This document shows positions 41,610 to 56,559 of a stretch of 64,000 nucleotides of DNA, piece after piece. The number at the start of each line of letters is the position of its first letter. Within the stretch, counting starts at the first letter, position 1. Position numbers and translations under genes: made by a program. The notes under the pieces are model-generated. The model worked only from the letters and a program-made list of their open reading frames with translations, did no database searches and was not told the origin of the DNA. Source of the DNA: the human T2T-CHM13v2.0 reference genome, Homo sapiens; assembly GCF_009914755.1 (NCBI RefSeq), contig NC_060939.1; one strand, 5' to 3'.

Positions 41610-41903
41610 GGCTGGGCACAGTGGCTCATGCCTGTAATCCTAACACTTTGGGAGACAGAGGCATAAGGAATGCTTGAGGCCAGGAGTTTGGACCAGCCTA
41701 GACAACATAGTGAGACCCCATCTCTATAAAAAAAATAGAAACAATTAACCAGACATGGTGGTACATGCCTGTAGTCCCAGCTAATCAGGATGTTGAGGAG
41801 GGAGGACTGATTGAGCCCAGGAGGTCGTGGCTGCAGCGAGCTATGATTGTACCACTGCACTCCGGTCTGGGCTGCAGAGTGAGACCCTGTCTCTAAAAAA
41901 ATA
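41610..41903 (+). mobile_element. AluJ in MST 5' LTR
   Basis: TTGAGCCCAGGAGG and GGCTGCAG.GAGCTATGAT diagnostics, TSD GAAAAGA.CCT. Confidence 0.9.
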
Positions 41904-41981
41904 GGAAAAGAACCTGGCAACTCCTTTGCCTTCTCTTTCATGATGTGATGTCTTCTCCTCTTCCTCTTTCATCATGAGTGA

Positions 41982-42336
<355 letters not shown>

Positions 42337-44419
42337 TGATTTTTTTACAGACTCCGGAACCATAAGCCAAATAAGCTTCTTTTAAAAATTATATTCAGTT
42401 TCATATATTCCTTTATAGAAACAAAAATGGACTAAGACAGAAAATTGGTACTGAGGAGTGGAACGTTGCTATAAAAATACCTAAACATTTGGAAGCAGCT
42501 TTGGAACTGGGTAATGAGCAGAGGCTGGAAGAGTCTAGAGGGCTCAGAAGAAGATAGGAAGGGAAAGCTTGTAACTTCCTAGAGACTGGTTGTGACCAAA
42601 ATGCTGATAGAAATACAGATAATAAAGGACATGCTGAGGAGGTCTCAGATGGAAATGAGGAACTTACTGGGAACTGAAGCAAAGTTATACCCTAGCAAAT
42701 AATTTGGCTGCATTGTGTATACACTAGCACTTTGTGGAAAGCTGAACTTAAGAGTGACGGCCTAAAGTATCTGGCAGAAGAAATTTCTAAGCAGCAAAGC
42801 ATTCAAGAAGTGGTGTGGCTGCATCCAACAATCAACAGATTGGGAGCAAAGGAAGGACTTAAAGTTGGAACTTTTGGTTAAAAGGGATACAGAGCATAAA
42901 AATTTGGAAAACTCAAGCCTGTCCATGCAAAAGAGAAGGAAAGAGCATTTTTCAGGAGAGGAAATCTGAGGGGGGGCGCAGCTGAACAACTGCTTGCTAG
43001 AAAGATTAGCACAGGTAAAAGAGAGCCAGTTGGTAATAGAACAGTGAAAAAAGTCCAAAGGCATTTCAGAATCTGAGTTTACTCCTCCCATTACAGGTCC
43101 ACAGGCCTAGGAGGACAGATGACTTCTGGGCCAGGCCCAGGGTGCTGCTGCCCTGTGCAATCTTGGGAAGCTGCTTCCCACATCCTGGCTGCTCGGACCA
43201 CAGCTAAAGCTCAAAGGGCTCAAGCTACTGTTTAGACCACTGCTTCAGAGGGTGCAAAGTGTAATGTTTGGGGCTTCCATGTGGTGCTAAGACTGCAGGC
43301 ACACAGTGTGAGATTGGCTGAGCTCTCTGTGGGTTGGAGCCCCCACGTAGTGTCTCCACCAGGCACCACCTAGTGGAGCTGAGGGAGTAAGGTTGCCATC
43401 CTCCAGACCCCAGAATTCTAGAGTCACTAGCAGCATGCACTCTCAGCATGGAAAAGCTGCAAGCATTGGATTCCAGTACATGATAAGAGCCACATGGGCT
43501 TCACACATCAAAGCTACTGGGACAGGGCTGCCCAAGGCCTTGGGAGCCCACACTTCATACTGTTGTGCCCAGGATGTGGGACATGGAGTCAAAGGAGAAC
43601 ATTTTGGGGCTTTAAGTTTTTATATCTGCCCTTCTGAGTTCTAGACTTAATGTGGGGAGTATTACCTCTTTCTTTAGGCTGATTTCTCCCTTTTGGAATG
43701 GGAATGTCTAACCAATGCCTGTATCACGTTTGTATCTTGGAAGTAAATATCTTGTTTTTTATTTTACAGGTTCACAGCTGTAAAGAACTTGCCTGGAGTC
43801 TCAGATGAGACTTTGGACTTTGGACTTTTGAGTTGATGCTGGACCAAGTTAAGACTTTGTTGATAGGATGATTTTATCTGGCAATGTGAGAAGAACCTGA
43901 GTTTTAGGGGGTCGGGGCAGAATGCCATGGTTTGGATATGGTATCTTTGGCCCCACCGAGTCTCATATTGTAATTTGATAACCAGTGTTGGAGGTGGGGC
44001 TTGGTGGGAGGTGTTGGGAATATTGGGGTGCATCCCTCATGAATGGCTTGGTGCCATTCTTGCAGAGATGAGTGAGTTCTTACTCTTGAGTTCTCTAGAG
44101 AACTGGTTGTTAAAAGACCTTGGCATTTCCTCCTCTTCTCTCTGGGTTTCTCTCTTGCCATGTGATGCCTACTCCCCTTCCCTTTCTGGCATGGGTGGAA
44201 GTTGCCTGAAGTTCTCACCAGAAGCAGGTGTTGGTGCCATGCTTCTTGTACAGTCTCCAGAACCATAAGCCAAAGAAACCTGTATTTTAAATAAATTACC
44301 CATCCTCAGGCATTTCTTTATAGCAACACAAACAGACTGAGAAGCACTATTTTATAAAATAAAGGTGCACCTATATAACTTATGAATGGTATATAACATG
44401 GTATCAAAATATTGCCAGT

Positions 44420-45012
44420 TCTAGTTCATTTTGTGCTGCTGTAACAGAATACACATGCTCCTTGACTTATGATGGGGCTGTGTCCCAATAAACTCATCAT
44501 AAGTAGAAAATATCATAGTTGAAAATGCATTTAATGTCCCTATAAACCCATTATAAAGACAAAAAAATCATAAGTCAAACCATTGTTAAGTCCAGATGCT
44601 CATTGATTTACATTGGGGTTATGTCCTGATACACCCATCGTAAAGTTGAGTAATCATAAGTTGAACCATCATAAACTGGGGCCCCTCTGTGCCTGAGACT
44701 GGGTAGTTTACAGTGAACAGAAGTTTATTGGCTTATTGTTATGGAGGCTGGGAAATCTAAGATTGAGGGGCCAATATCTGGTGAAGGCCTTCTTGTTGCA
44801 CCATCCTGTGGCAAAAGGGCAATGAGAGTGAAGAGAGCAATAGCCTGAACTCAAAACTTCAAGCCCTTTTATAATTGGTATTAATCCATTCATGAGGGTA
44901 GAGCTCTCATTACCTCAACATTTCCCATTAGGCCTTACCTTCCAACACTGTTATATTGGGGATTAAGTTTCCAACACATCCTCTTGCGGGGACACATTCA
45001 AACCATAGTACC
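44420..45012 (-). mobile_element. MaLR LTR (MSTB1/MLT1A-like) carrying a MER47-like Tigger MITE at ~44450-44690
   Basis: TGTGCTGCTGTAACAGAATAC...CCTGAGACTGGGTA...GGACACATTCAAACCATAG. The insert has two ATGCTC.TTGA.TTA...TGGGG.T.TGTCC units. Confidence 0.72.
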
Positions 45013-45014
45013 AA

Positions 45015-46480
45015 CATAGTATAATACAAAAATAACTAGAGATCTATCTCATTTATAAATATTGATGCAAAAAATATGAAATGAAATATTAGAAAGTGAA
45101 AGAATAGCACTGTTAAAAAATAAGACTTCAGGAAGTAGTGGATTATATTCCAGGAAAACAAAGATGGTACAATATGAAAAAATATTTTTTCTTAATATAT
45201 CAAAGGAAATAATCATATAAGCAACTTCATATATCTCCCAAATTTGTGATCAATTTGCTTTAGTGTATATAATACAGCTATTTAGAGCATAAATATATTT
45301 ATATGTGTATATTACCCAAATCTAAATTTTTGAGAAATGAACACACAAAAACACATAACTAATGAAAAGAAATAAAAAATATAGGAAGATTAAAATATTA
45401 AATATAAAGGCTGAGACTTTGAAAACAATTAATAAAATAGATAAACCACTAACTAAATTAATGAGGAAAATGAGAAAAAATAAAAACAAAATCACATACA
45501 CACATTCAATAGGAGGAATTCACAACAGATATTCTATTAAACAAACATAAGAAATCATCACTCAACTAGATGAAGATTAATTGCAAAACTGAAATTGATG
45601 ATTTTCCAGGCATTTATAATTTATCAAACATTGGCTACAAAACATGACAATGTAACCTACTAGTTAACATAAAATTAATAAAATGGTTATCACAATTTTA
45701 ATAGGGATTGTCATAAAACCTTTAAAGAACAAATCATTAAAGTGCTATGTAACACAATCCAGAAGTTTAAAATGGAAGGAAGGGTCACTGACTTGTTTAA
45801 TTATGAATGACACGTAATTTTATATCAGAGTGTAACTAAGGTAGTGAACACACACAAACACACATTCACAAATACATGCAAACTAATGATCAAGTTTATG
45901 AATAATGATGCAAAATTTTAAGAAAATATTAGAATAAAAATATTTCAGCATTGTATTTATTTAATTAGCCAAAAAAGGTAATCATATAATCATCTCTTTT
46001 GATCAGGCAAAAACAATTAGATTTTTCTCTCCTTTCTTCACTGTTAGTTATTATTTTGATGTATCAATCAATGCAATTGTATACAAGGCCAAAAAATGAG
46101 ACATATAAATGATACATCCTTCAAAGAAGGATTTAAATTCCTCTCTCTGAGATGTTGTATGTTGAAAATCTGAAAATTTCTGTAAAACCTTAAAAAATAA
46201 AAATCAGTAAAATTCTAGGAGAAAAATAATAAATGTGGATAAGTTTCGTATAATATAGAAAATGTAATGAAATGCCTATTTTTGTTATCACAACAATAAT
46301 TTAAAGTACACAAGAACCATGTACTTTAAATTTAGGAATAAATAAAAACTGGGAATAAATTTAAAAATGTGTTAAGTGCCTTCAGGAAACCATAAATACT
46401 TAAACAAATGATAATATATACTATATAATTTGATAGGGAACTTTAACATCACCAATGTGTCAATTTTTTAATGAATTTAC
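45015..46480 (+). mobile_element. Diverged L1 ORF2 remnants
   Basis: GATGCAAAAA...AAATATTAG and AAAATAGATAAACCACTA motifs. Confidence 0.55.
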
Positions 46481-46499
46481 AAAATTTCTAATAAAGTAC

Positions 46500-47332
46500 T
46501 GCTTAGGGAAAAGTCTTAAACTGTGTCCTTCCTGTGCTCTCAATCACAACAATCATCAATGCAGAAAATGTCAGTGGCTAAATGTGGGGGCATTTCACAC
46601 ACACCAAGCAGCAGACACCAGCTGGGCATCCTCCAATTTAATTCCAAGGCTATCTACCTGGAGATAGTGTCAGATCCTGCAGGTGAGGGGCCGGCCTCAA
46701 GACTCCCCCCACTCCCTAGACACCAGTCACAAAGTCCAGGCCTCTGGAAGTTCTGACCAGTGGGCTTCAAGTTGGCATTCCCACGACCCACTCTTTGGAT
46801 TTGATTAATTTGCTGGAGCAGCTCACAGAACTCAGTGAAACACTTATGTTTACTGATTTATTATAAAGGATATTACAAAGGATGCAGATGAAGAGATGCA
46901 TTTGAGGAAGCTATGGGGGAATGGGGTGGAGCTCCCATTCCCTCCTGGAGTGCCACCCTCCAGGAACCTCCCGGTGTTCAGCTATCCAGAAGCCTTTGAG
47001 CCCAGTGCTCTGGGGTTTTTATGGAAGCTTCATGACATCAGCATTCCTTCCCCCAAGGTATGGGGGGTATGACCCTTTATCAGATGAGGATCTTATGATC
47101 CACATCAGAAAGGTTGGGGGAGATTGGAATCCTCCTGCCTTGAGGTGGGTGAAAAGAGGTCAGGAGAAGGTCAGAGAGATTCTCTTTCCTAAGGCCTGCT
47201 CCTGAAGCCTAACACACGCAGTATTTTTTTAAAAAGACTGTAACAAGGGCTATGGGAGTTATGAGCCAAGAACCGTAAATGAAAACGTGTGTGTGTGTTT
47301 GTGTTTGTGTGTGTGTATCTCATAACAACACA
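46500..47332. mobile_element. MER21-like solo LTR
   Basis: GACACCAGCTGGG, CTATCTACCTGGAGATAGTGTCAGATCC, TTGATTAATTTGCTGGAGCAGCTCACAGAACTCAG and AAGACTGTAACAAGGGCTATGGGAGTTATGAGCC. Confidence 0.8.
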
Positions 47333-47799
47333 AGTACAAACTAGTTCTTTATAACTAAACAAAAAACTATTGTGAAAGTTGATCTGTTGGGGGGGGGGGC
47401 AGGAAGCCAACAGGACCAGAATATTTTAGAATTGAAAAGCATCCATTCAATGAACTTTACCAGGTCTTCAAACAGTGTCATATTGCCAGCAATATGAAAA
47501 GCAGATAGTGGGACTTGAATTGATAAAAAATATATGCTAAAAAGGTTCATAAATGGACATATGTATTGAGTTGATGATAAAGATAAAAATAACAGGATTA
47601 TTTAATAAAGGTTGTCGGGTGAATTCAGGAGTCATGGGCTCCAAATACCATATTTTAACAGCAGTATAAATTCCACTTACATCAAAATTTCAGACAAATA
47701 CAAAACCAGGAAAGGATTTTCTTTTTATTTTAAAGTCTTGGAGTCAAGAATGTCTTACAATGACATATTCTATAAAACTCTTAAAAGTTTGACCATAAT

Positions 47800-48020
47800 T
47801 GTAGCAATAACTGCATAGGGTCTACTGTGTGCCAGGCGCTGTTCTGAGATGGTTTATCCCATTTAATCCTTCCAACCATCCCAAGAGGTAGTCACTATTA
47901 ACCCCTTGTAGCAGCTGAGAGCACTGAAGCTGAGGGAGGCTCGTAGACATGTCCATGGCACACAGTTAATAGACTCGCCCATCTGACTGCAGGGCGGGAC
48001 TCACACCAATTGCTCTGCCT
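47800..48020 (-). mobile_element. MIR
   Basis: TACTGTGTGCCAGGCGCTGTTCT, CATTTAATCCT..CAAC and GCTGAG..CACTGA.GCT. Confidence 0.75.
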
Positions 48021-48530
48021 TACAAATGTAACCAGTTTAAAATGAGCTAATGAATTTGACATGAGCAACTTCCCCACCCCTAAAAAAGTATCAAACTATA
48101 AAAAAAGTCATAAAATGGGTTGAGAATTTATTTCTATAATACATAAAGGCTTCTTAATCAACAAAAACCTTAACAAAAAGTATACCTCTTGCACATAAAC
48201 AAAATGCATATAGTTTGAAGGAGGGGAAAAGTTGTCAAGCATCACTAATAATACTTATTAAAATTGATGAAGTTTCAGTTTCCTCTCAATTTGTCAAAAA
48301 CCCAGATGTTTAAAAACACACTCTGTTGGGAGAATAGGCATACTTTGCTTGCAGGAGTATAATTGGTACAATTTCCATGGAGGAACATTCGATGAGAATC
48401 AAATCATGAATTCACATATGCATACACATTGACCAAGCCATTCTATTTTTTAAAAATGTGACTTGCAGGTTTATTCTATACATACAAAATCTTTCAGGTA
48501 CAAGTTTGTTAATCTCAGCCTGCATTATAA

Positions 48531-48834
48531 CAGGTGCAGTGGCTCACATCTATAATTGCAACACTTTGGGAGGCTGAGGCAAGGGGCTTACTTGAGGTCA
48601 GGAGTTCCAGACTAGCCTGGCTAACATGGCCGAAACCCCGTCTCTACTAAAAATACAATACAAAAATTAGCCAGGGGTGGTGGTGCACACCTGTGGTCCC
48701 AACTACTTGGGAGGCTGAGGCACAAAAACGGCCTGAACCTGGAAGGCTTAGGTTGCAGTGAGCCAAGATCGTGCCACTGTTTTCCAGCCCGTATGACAGG
48801 GCCAGACTTTGTCTCAAAAAAAAACAAAACAAAA
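48531..48834 (+). mobile_element. Alu (S/J)
   Basis: Alu dimer with A-rich tail. A separate Alu 3' fragment lies at ~48958-49030. Confidence 0.88.
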
Positions 48835-49207
48835 CTGGAGACAGAGACACATATATATATTTTATACTCATAATTTTGTTTTTAATCTTTTTGATATATG
48901 TTATTTTAGGTTTATCTTGGATCTGCATTTATATTTTTAATACATATAAAAATATGAGTGAAGATGGTGCCACTGCACTCTAGCCAGCGTGACAGAGCCA
49001 GACTGTGTCAAAAAAAAAAAAAAGAAAAAATTAGAAAAGACAAATCCAACAATAGTTAACTGGTTAAAAAATAGCATTGACATACAATGGAATATTATAA
49101 AACAAGATTTTAAAAGTAAACAAACATAAAAACAGGAAATTTGCTTGGGCTGACCTGGAAATATTGTGGCAAGTAGGAAATATACATGTGCTAAAGTTTA
49201 TAAATCA

Positions 49208-49634
<427 letters not shown>

Positions 49635-49725
49635 ATCTAAATGTGTACACACCCAACCCAATGTGTATAAACATACTTTAATATGTAAGTGTGTGTACAT
49701 ATCTATATATAAATACAGGAGAATA

Positions 49726-49758
<33 letters not shown>

Positions 49759-50298
49759 GCATGTAAAATAAAGCAGAGCTTAAAATTGAATGTCAATTGT
49801 TAAAACATTTCGTTCCTTTGTGAGTGTGAGTTTTTGTGAAGAGGGAAAAATGTGTTTGATTAGACTGCAGTGAGAAAAATTTAAGTGGTTTAAGGTAAAT
49901 ATCGTGAGGACACAGCAATGATTTTTTGCTGCTAAATCACTATGATGCCACAGCTGGCTCTCAGTGCTCCTACAGATATAGACATAGGTTTACTGATCAG
50001 GCTTGGGACTGTCTGATATTGCCATGTGAGAAAATCTGTGAATCAGATATGCAGGTCTTTCTACTCAATATTCTATATTCTCCTGAGCCTCTCTAAACAA
50101 GATGTTTTTCTGAAAAATTATTGAAATAGTGACTAAAAATCTGTGAAAAAGAATAAAAACAAATTTGGAAGAAGGTAAAGAAGTGAAAATTGACCTAGAA
50201 CAAGCAAGATAAATAGAAATAAAAAAGTGATATTGGAAATTAAACACAAGTAATCCAAAAGAAAGATTTTCTAAATTTACTTATATTTGACAAAGTGA

Positions 50299-50339
50299 TT
50301 TTTTTTTTTTTTTTTGAGACAGAGTCTTGCGCTGTCACC
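50299..50339 (-). mobile_element. Extremely 5'-truncated Alu (24 bp body + T17)
   Basis: GAGACAGAGTCTTGCGCTGTCACC flanked by TSD GACAAAGTGA (50289-50298 and 50340-50349). Confidence 0.9.
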
Positions 50340-50477
50340 GACAAAGTGAATTTTAAGGCACAGGTATTAGTAGAGAAAATGAAAAAACAATCAATGACTC
50401 GGAAATTTAAGAGAATTTTAAATTTTTATCCACATAATTACATAGCCTCAGAATATACAAAGAAAAAATGACAAAAC

Positions 50478-50800
<323 letters not shown>

Positions 50801-51152
50801 GAAAAAAATGTCAAAACAATTACGGGAAATCCATGAGCCTACAAACTTAGCAGATATTTTTAACATATGCAGTAGTCACTTATTTTAAAATACTGTTATA
50901 TTTGGATGACACGATGAATACAGTGGACCTAATTGTCATGTTTAGACGCCTACACTCATCATTGGAGAAAAGTCACTTCTCATGGTATGACAGTAGACAA
51001 AAAAGGGAAGATGACCTAGCCAAAAGCTCTGAATTCCAGATGACCTCTCTGATAAAAATAGATCACATAAGTTTACTGTGTAGTAGGCAATGTGCAGATG
51101 AGTTGATAAGGATAATCTAATTCTTATAACATCACTCAGAACAATATGCTAG

Positions 51153-51462
<310 letters not shown>

Positions 51463-51939
51463 AAGAAACTCTTAACTTCTCAATGCTCAATGTCAATCCC
51501 ACACTGAGAAAGTTGTGGAGCCAGGATTTGAACTTGGGTTATCTATATTCAGAACACCTAAGTTGACTTCCTCCTTCTTTCCTGCTACCCTTTTGATCTG
51601 GAGGGTGTTGTGGGGAAGAATCTGCCTACAAAAAGCTGCTTGGAGAAAAGCACATTTTCTTCATTGTAGATGGGCCAGACACAAGAGAAGCGCCGAGTTG
51701 CTGGGAATAGAAGACTGCCAGATCCACCTGGTCTTATCTATTCATCTCATCTTCCTCTAAACAAGGTTACTTGTTCTACTGCCTGCACTATGCCTAGTTC
51801 CTCAAATTCATACAACAGCACTCTCCTTGCTCTGCTTCCTTGTTTCCTGGTCCAGTGGTTTAGTCTCTTTAACTGTGGCTTTGCTTATTTCTTTGAATAT
51901 TGTCTCTTTCAACATATTGCCCAAATTCTTAACTAGGGG

Positions 51940-52380
51940 TAATAATTTGGGTATTCTGAGAAGCAGACACCAAGACAGGATTAAATGAGCAAGGATTTTA
52001 CTTGAGGGCATTCCCATGAGAGAAAATGGGGAGCACGCCAGAAAGGCTTTGATATACTTTGGACCACACTGCATGTCTGTTTCTGCGTGAAGGAGAGACA
52101 GAAGGCAGGCAGGATAGAAGCACTGCTATGTAATCTAGTAGAGGCTCAGCAAGGCCATCCCTGAGCCATAGTCTGCCATTACTGGAGTTTTATATCTCTC
52201 AGAAATAGGCCTGGTCACATTTAGTTATTAGCTGGGAGCAGCCCATGGAAGTATGGCTTTGACAAAAATGTGGTAATGGATTTCAGAGAATACTAACTGG
52301 GCCTCCTGGGTTAATTAAAACTCCCTGTAGTTGAATGATCCAGAAGGTATTGAATGTTCCAGCTATGCTGCTAGGCATGG
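51940..52380. mobile_element. Old MLT1 (H/J-like) LTR
   Basis: GAGAAGCAGACACCAAGACAGGATTAAATG.GCAAG and CTGGGAGCAGCCCATGG motifs. Confidence 0.6.
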
Positions 52381-53319
52381 TGATTGTATTAGGATTCTCC
52401 AGAGAACCAGAATCAGAACCTACATTCTCAGGATTCTTCAGAGAAACAGAACTTTTATCAAAATACCACAGTTCAGTCTAGGTCCTGCTGCTCGCCATAC
52501 AGAATGCCAATTGCTGGGGCAACAACTATTGCCAGGAAGAAGGCTTTAATCAAGTGCTGAACCTGGGGAAAATGGGAGATGACGTCAAATCCGTCTCCCC
52601 AACCAAGTAAAACTGAGGAGGTTATGGAGTGGGAAACGTGGAAAAACAGGAATTAGAGAGGGGTAAGGAAACAATCATGATGGATGAGGGGTCTGGTGTC
52701 TCATTGGATGTAGTGGTCTGATGAGTTTCAGTTCCTTGCCAGAGGGTTTGTTTCCTAAGGAAGGAAGTCAGTAAGACAAATGTAAGTTTCAAATTTTAAG
52801 ACTAGAGAGGGTCAATTTCTGTTTATTCCAAAAAACCCATAAATATCAGTTATATGGGATAATAGGGCTGGTTATAGTCCCCCACCTTTATCCGTCCCTC
52901 AATGTCGGGAACCCTGTTGTCGATCCTTCTCTCTGCCTCATGCTGAGGAGGGGCATCATGGGATAGTGACGAGGAATGAAAATGTAGTACCTGGTTAGCA
53001 TCCAGCTTGCTGAAGAACCATAATTAAACACACATACACACACACTTGTGGAACCCAAGAGAACAAACCTAAGCCTCCCAAAAAGAATTCCTGATTCATC
53101 ACATCCACTTTCAGAAAGCTGTGGTTTATCCTTTAGGGGAGAACAATAACGAACTGAAAGTGTGTGGTCCCTTAATGATTTCTTATTTTGGGTCTTTGGG
53201 CTTTGAATGCTAACTTAAGGCTGTCTTTAAGGGTTCAAAAGACCATGACTGTTTCCCTTGGAGGGACCCCAGAGGGACTGGTTTTACCTGAGTATGGTGA
53301 ATTTATGGCTTAACACCAG

Positions 53320-53900
53320 CTAACTTGAACTAGAACCTGTTGGAAGCAAACTCAGACTAGTTAATTTATTTCCAAAACATAAGGTTAATATCCCTGTCAT
53401 TATAAAGCCAGTCCCAAGGATTTGCATATGAAGCATATCAGCTGCTTCATCCGGGCTGCTCCACTTGGCTTTGATAGGTTCCCTCCTCTCAGAGTAAACA
53501 GATCTTGCAGTGGCTTTTATCCAGTCCACCAGCCTGGCTGTTCTCTCAGGAATAACCCTCTGTGTGTCTGGATTACATATACCCATCTGCAATTGTTCAG
53601 TAGTGAGCCGTGGGTCCTAGATGAACCAAAAAAACGCTTTGCAATTCTGCAGCATTTAAAACCAAAGACATTGCTCCTAAATTAGTTACTTTCACAATCC
53701 TCTGTAGTAAAGGGTCTTCAGGAAGCTGTCGATACCAATCTGTAAAATGGAACAATTCCTTCACATTATACCCTCTGGTTTCAGTAGTTAATTGGTTCTG
53801 CCCTTTCCTCACATTGGAAACCATAGGTCTCAGAGATACTTCTTGGAAACCACAGGTCTTAGAGATACTTTTTGGTTGCCTGGCATAATTTTCCCTTTTT
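53320..53900 (-). pseudogene. ERVL-type gag capsid remnant
   Basis: RGYNVKELFHFTDWYRQLPEDPLLQRIVKVTNLGA and LVDWIKAT...KWSSPDEAADML resemble HERV-L gag (YTPKEL...YKQ...WILRVWDNG; LFAWL...W..VEEG). Confidence 0.55.
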
Positions 53901-54463
53901 GTGGGTAGCCTTAAAGCTGGTGATCTGAGCTCAGACAGACCCAGGTCTGAGTTTGGCCTAGCTTTTAGATCCAACTCAGCACTCTCTTACCTTTATTCTA
54001 GCTATTATAGATAATAATAACAAAGGGATTGAATATTTCACTTTTCCCTATGAAGTTTGCTTTTCATTATGCATCCACTGAATCAACTCCCCAGGACTTG
54101 AATCCATCTCAGAATTCCATTGGTAACTTTTACCTTTAGTAACTGAATGCAGCACAGCTGCAGCTCCACACCATGGGTGACCACATTGCCACTCAGGAGT
54201 CAAAGGTTAATCCAATAACAGGTGTACTACAGCTTTGTTCTGAAACATAATTTTTCTTTCCTTAGTCCTCCATTTTTAACAATGACAAATCATAGTGGGA
54301 CCAATTTATTTACAAAATAAGTTTTAGTCTTATATTTGACCTGATTATTTGTACAACGTGCAGCAAGAATTATTGTAGGCTCTTACAAATTGGCTTTGCT
54401 GGAAATTTTCCTAAGGTAGCTCTGATTTGGATTTTAAAGGCCTTTCAAGCACAGCCAAGGATT

Positions 54464-55050
54464 TATAAAAAGTAAAGTAGAGGCTCCTCTTCAAAGACTT
54501 TCCTCCCCGTCTAATTAGGAATAAATGGTAACTTCTCTTAGAAGCAAAATGTATTCACGACTGTGCTAATATTCTTAAATATCTGCTAGCCGTAATAAAG
54601 AAATGAATGTACTTCATGTTCTTAGCACCCACAATTTAGCCTAAATATTTGCCCTGGCATGCTTATACTGGTCCAAGCAAGCATTAGGTCATAGCGTGTT
54701 CCTCTTCCTTATTTGAAGGTGTTTTTACCTTTCTCCAGATTCCAAAAGTTACTTCCTCCTTCCTTTGTTCTCCTCTGCCTTTGCCTCTTTTAAAAAGTTC
54801 TAAGTTGCCAGCCAATCAGGACAAACATGGAATGTGAGGTCCTGTTCCAGCCAATGGAAACCGGACACAGCAGTGGGGTGGACGCATCAGGGTATAAATG
54901 ACCCTGTCTCCTTTGCTCTGTGTACTCTCGTGGCAAAACTGCTGGCGAGTGTACCCTTTCTGCAGAAAGTAAAAATGGCCTTGCTGAGGAAATTAAATTT
55001 ATGTTCAAGTGCTATTTCTTAATGACACCAGGGAACAAGCATTTCTAACA
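54464..55050 (+). mobile_element. Solo LTR10 (LTR10C-like)
   Basis: T(A)TAAAAAGTAAAGTAGAGG.TCCTCTTCAAAGAC start, two GCCAAT boxes, TATAAA, ATTAAA, ...TTCTAACA end and 4-bp TSD GATT. Confidence 0.82.
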
Positions 55051-56559
55051 GATTTATCTGTGCCTGCAGATACCTATATAAATTGGGTGAATTCCTGTCT
55101 TCTTGAGGTCTCAAAATAACAGGAGGTTCCTGATACTGTCAGAAAGTGGCATTCTTTGTTTTCCACAGGTCAGAAAGCCTGCGAAGGAACTGTATAGACA
55201 AGGTATAAGGCCAGGCTTTTCAAGAAGCTTTTATCGGCTCCATAAGTCAACTTCAGTTTCTCAAAGCATTCTGCTCATATCTGAAAATATGTTATTCCAG
55301 TCCGAGCCTTGGTAAAACAATCAGTGTCTCCAGTTGTGACCTGTTATAAAATAAAACAGATTCTTATTTAACTTATACAAATAACCATATTGCCATAAAT
55401 TGAGAATACTTGTAAATAATTTCCAAAATCTGGAGAAATCAGCTGGAGAGAAAAAAAATACTTCAAATTTTGTTTACAAGAGTATACTCTATTAGTTGTT
55501 AAACACTATAAATAGCTCAAAAGAAAAAGTTTTCTTTACTCTAAAAAACAGAACAAAAAGAACTGGCAATCTTTCAAACAAAAAAAGCCATAAAAATTAT
55601 TTCAGTCCTCTATTAGTTCAGTCCATGCAATTAACTCTTGTTCTGCTTCATACTGGGTTAGCAGTCTTTATGTACACATCAGCCTTTTAATTAGAGTCCT
55701 GCATGCTTTCTCTCTAGTCCAATGGCACAATCTCCAAAGTAATCAGAAACCTGTATTCAAAAGTCCTTTCCATGAACCCCCCTACAGCAGTAAGTTTTGG
55801 ACTGTAGCTGATTGTAAGCTGCTTTTTGAGAAGAATCAAAGTAAAACAATAATTGTGGATGACAGATGTCTTAAGACAGTCATAAAGACAACTTGTCACT
55901 GGTAACTTGGGATGTTTCCTTACTTTGTACCAGTTGCAAAGAATGAACACCCAGCTGGAAACAAAGTGAAGCATGTTTTATTCCTGGCCAGGAAGGGAGA
56001 AGGCAAACTCTTGCTCCGAATGCACCTTCTCCCTGAACAACAGAAGGCATGGGGTTTTAAAGGACTGCATACAGGGAGGGAGAGGAATGTTAGCATGTGC
56101 AGGGTGGGACTCCAGACCCACAGGCTCAGTTCATAAACATACATCTTCATACAATCCATGTACATAAAATAGTGGAGATTTTCTTTTGTGTGTGTGTGTT
56201 GCGGGCGGCGGGGGTGGTGGTGGTGCAGAATTTTGGCATTATAATATTTTAATGATCTGAAGGCAACTAGGATCATCTGTTCCAGCTTGGGTGCTTTGGG
56301 GGTCTTACCTCCCTCTGGTAGCTGGTCAGTGGTCATGACGTTCTGGCACCATCCCAGGCCCACTGGGTTCTTAAGCTGCTATGCCTATAAGTAAGGGACT
56401 AAAGAAAATCAGTAAGAAAAAGAGTCTTCCCAAGTTATTTCATCAGGGTTGCCCTAGATACAAAATCCCTCCTCTGTTTGCTCCTCATTCTTGATGGCTG
56501 CTGAGGGGTGGGGTCCATCTTCTAGAACTGCTTTCTGCTGTGTATAGGCATTGTCATTT

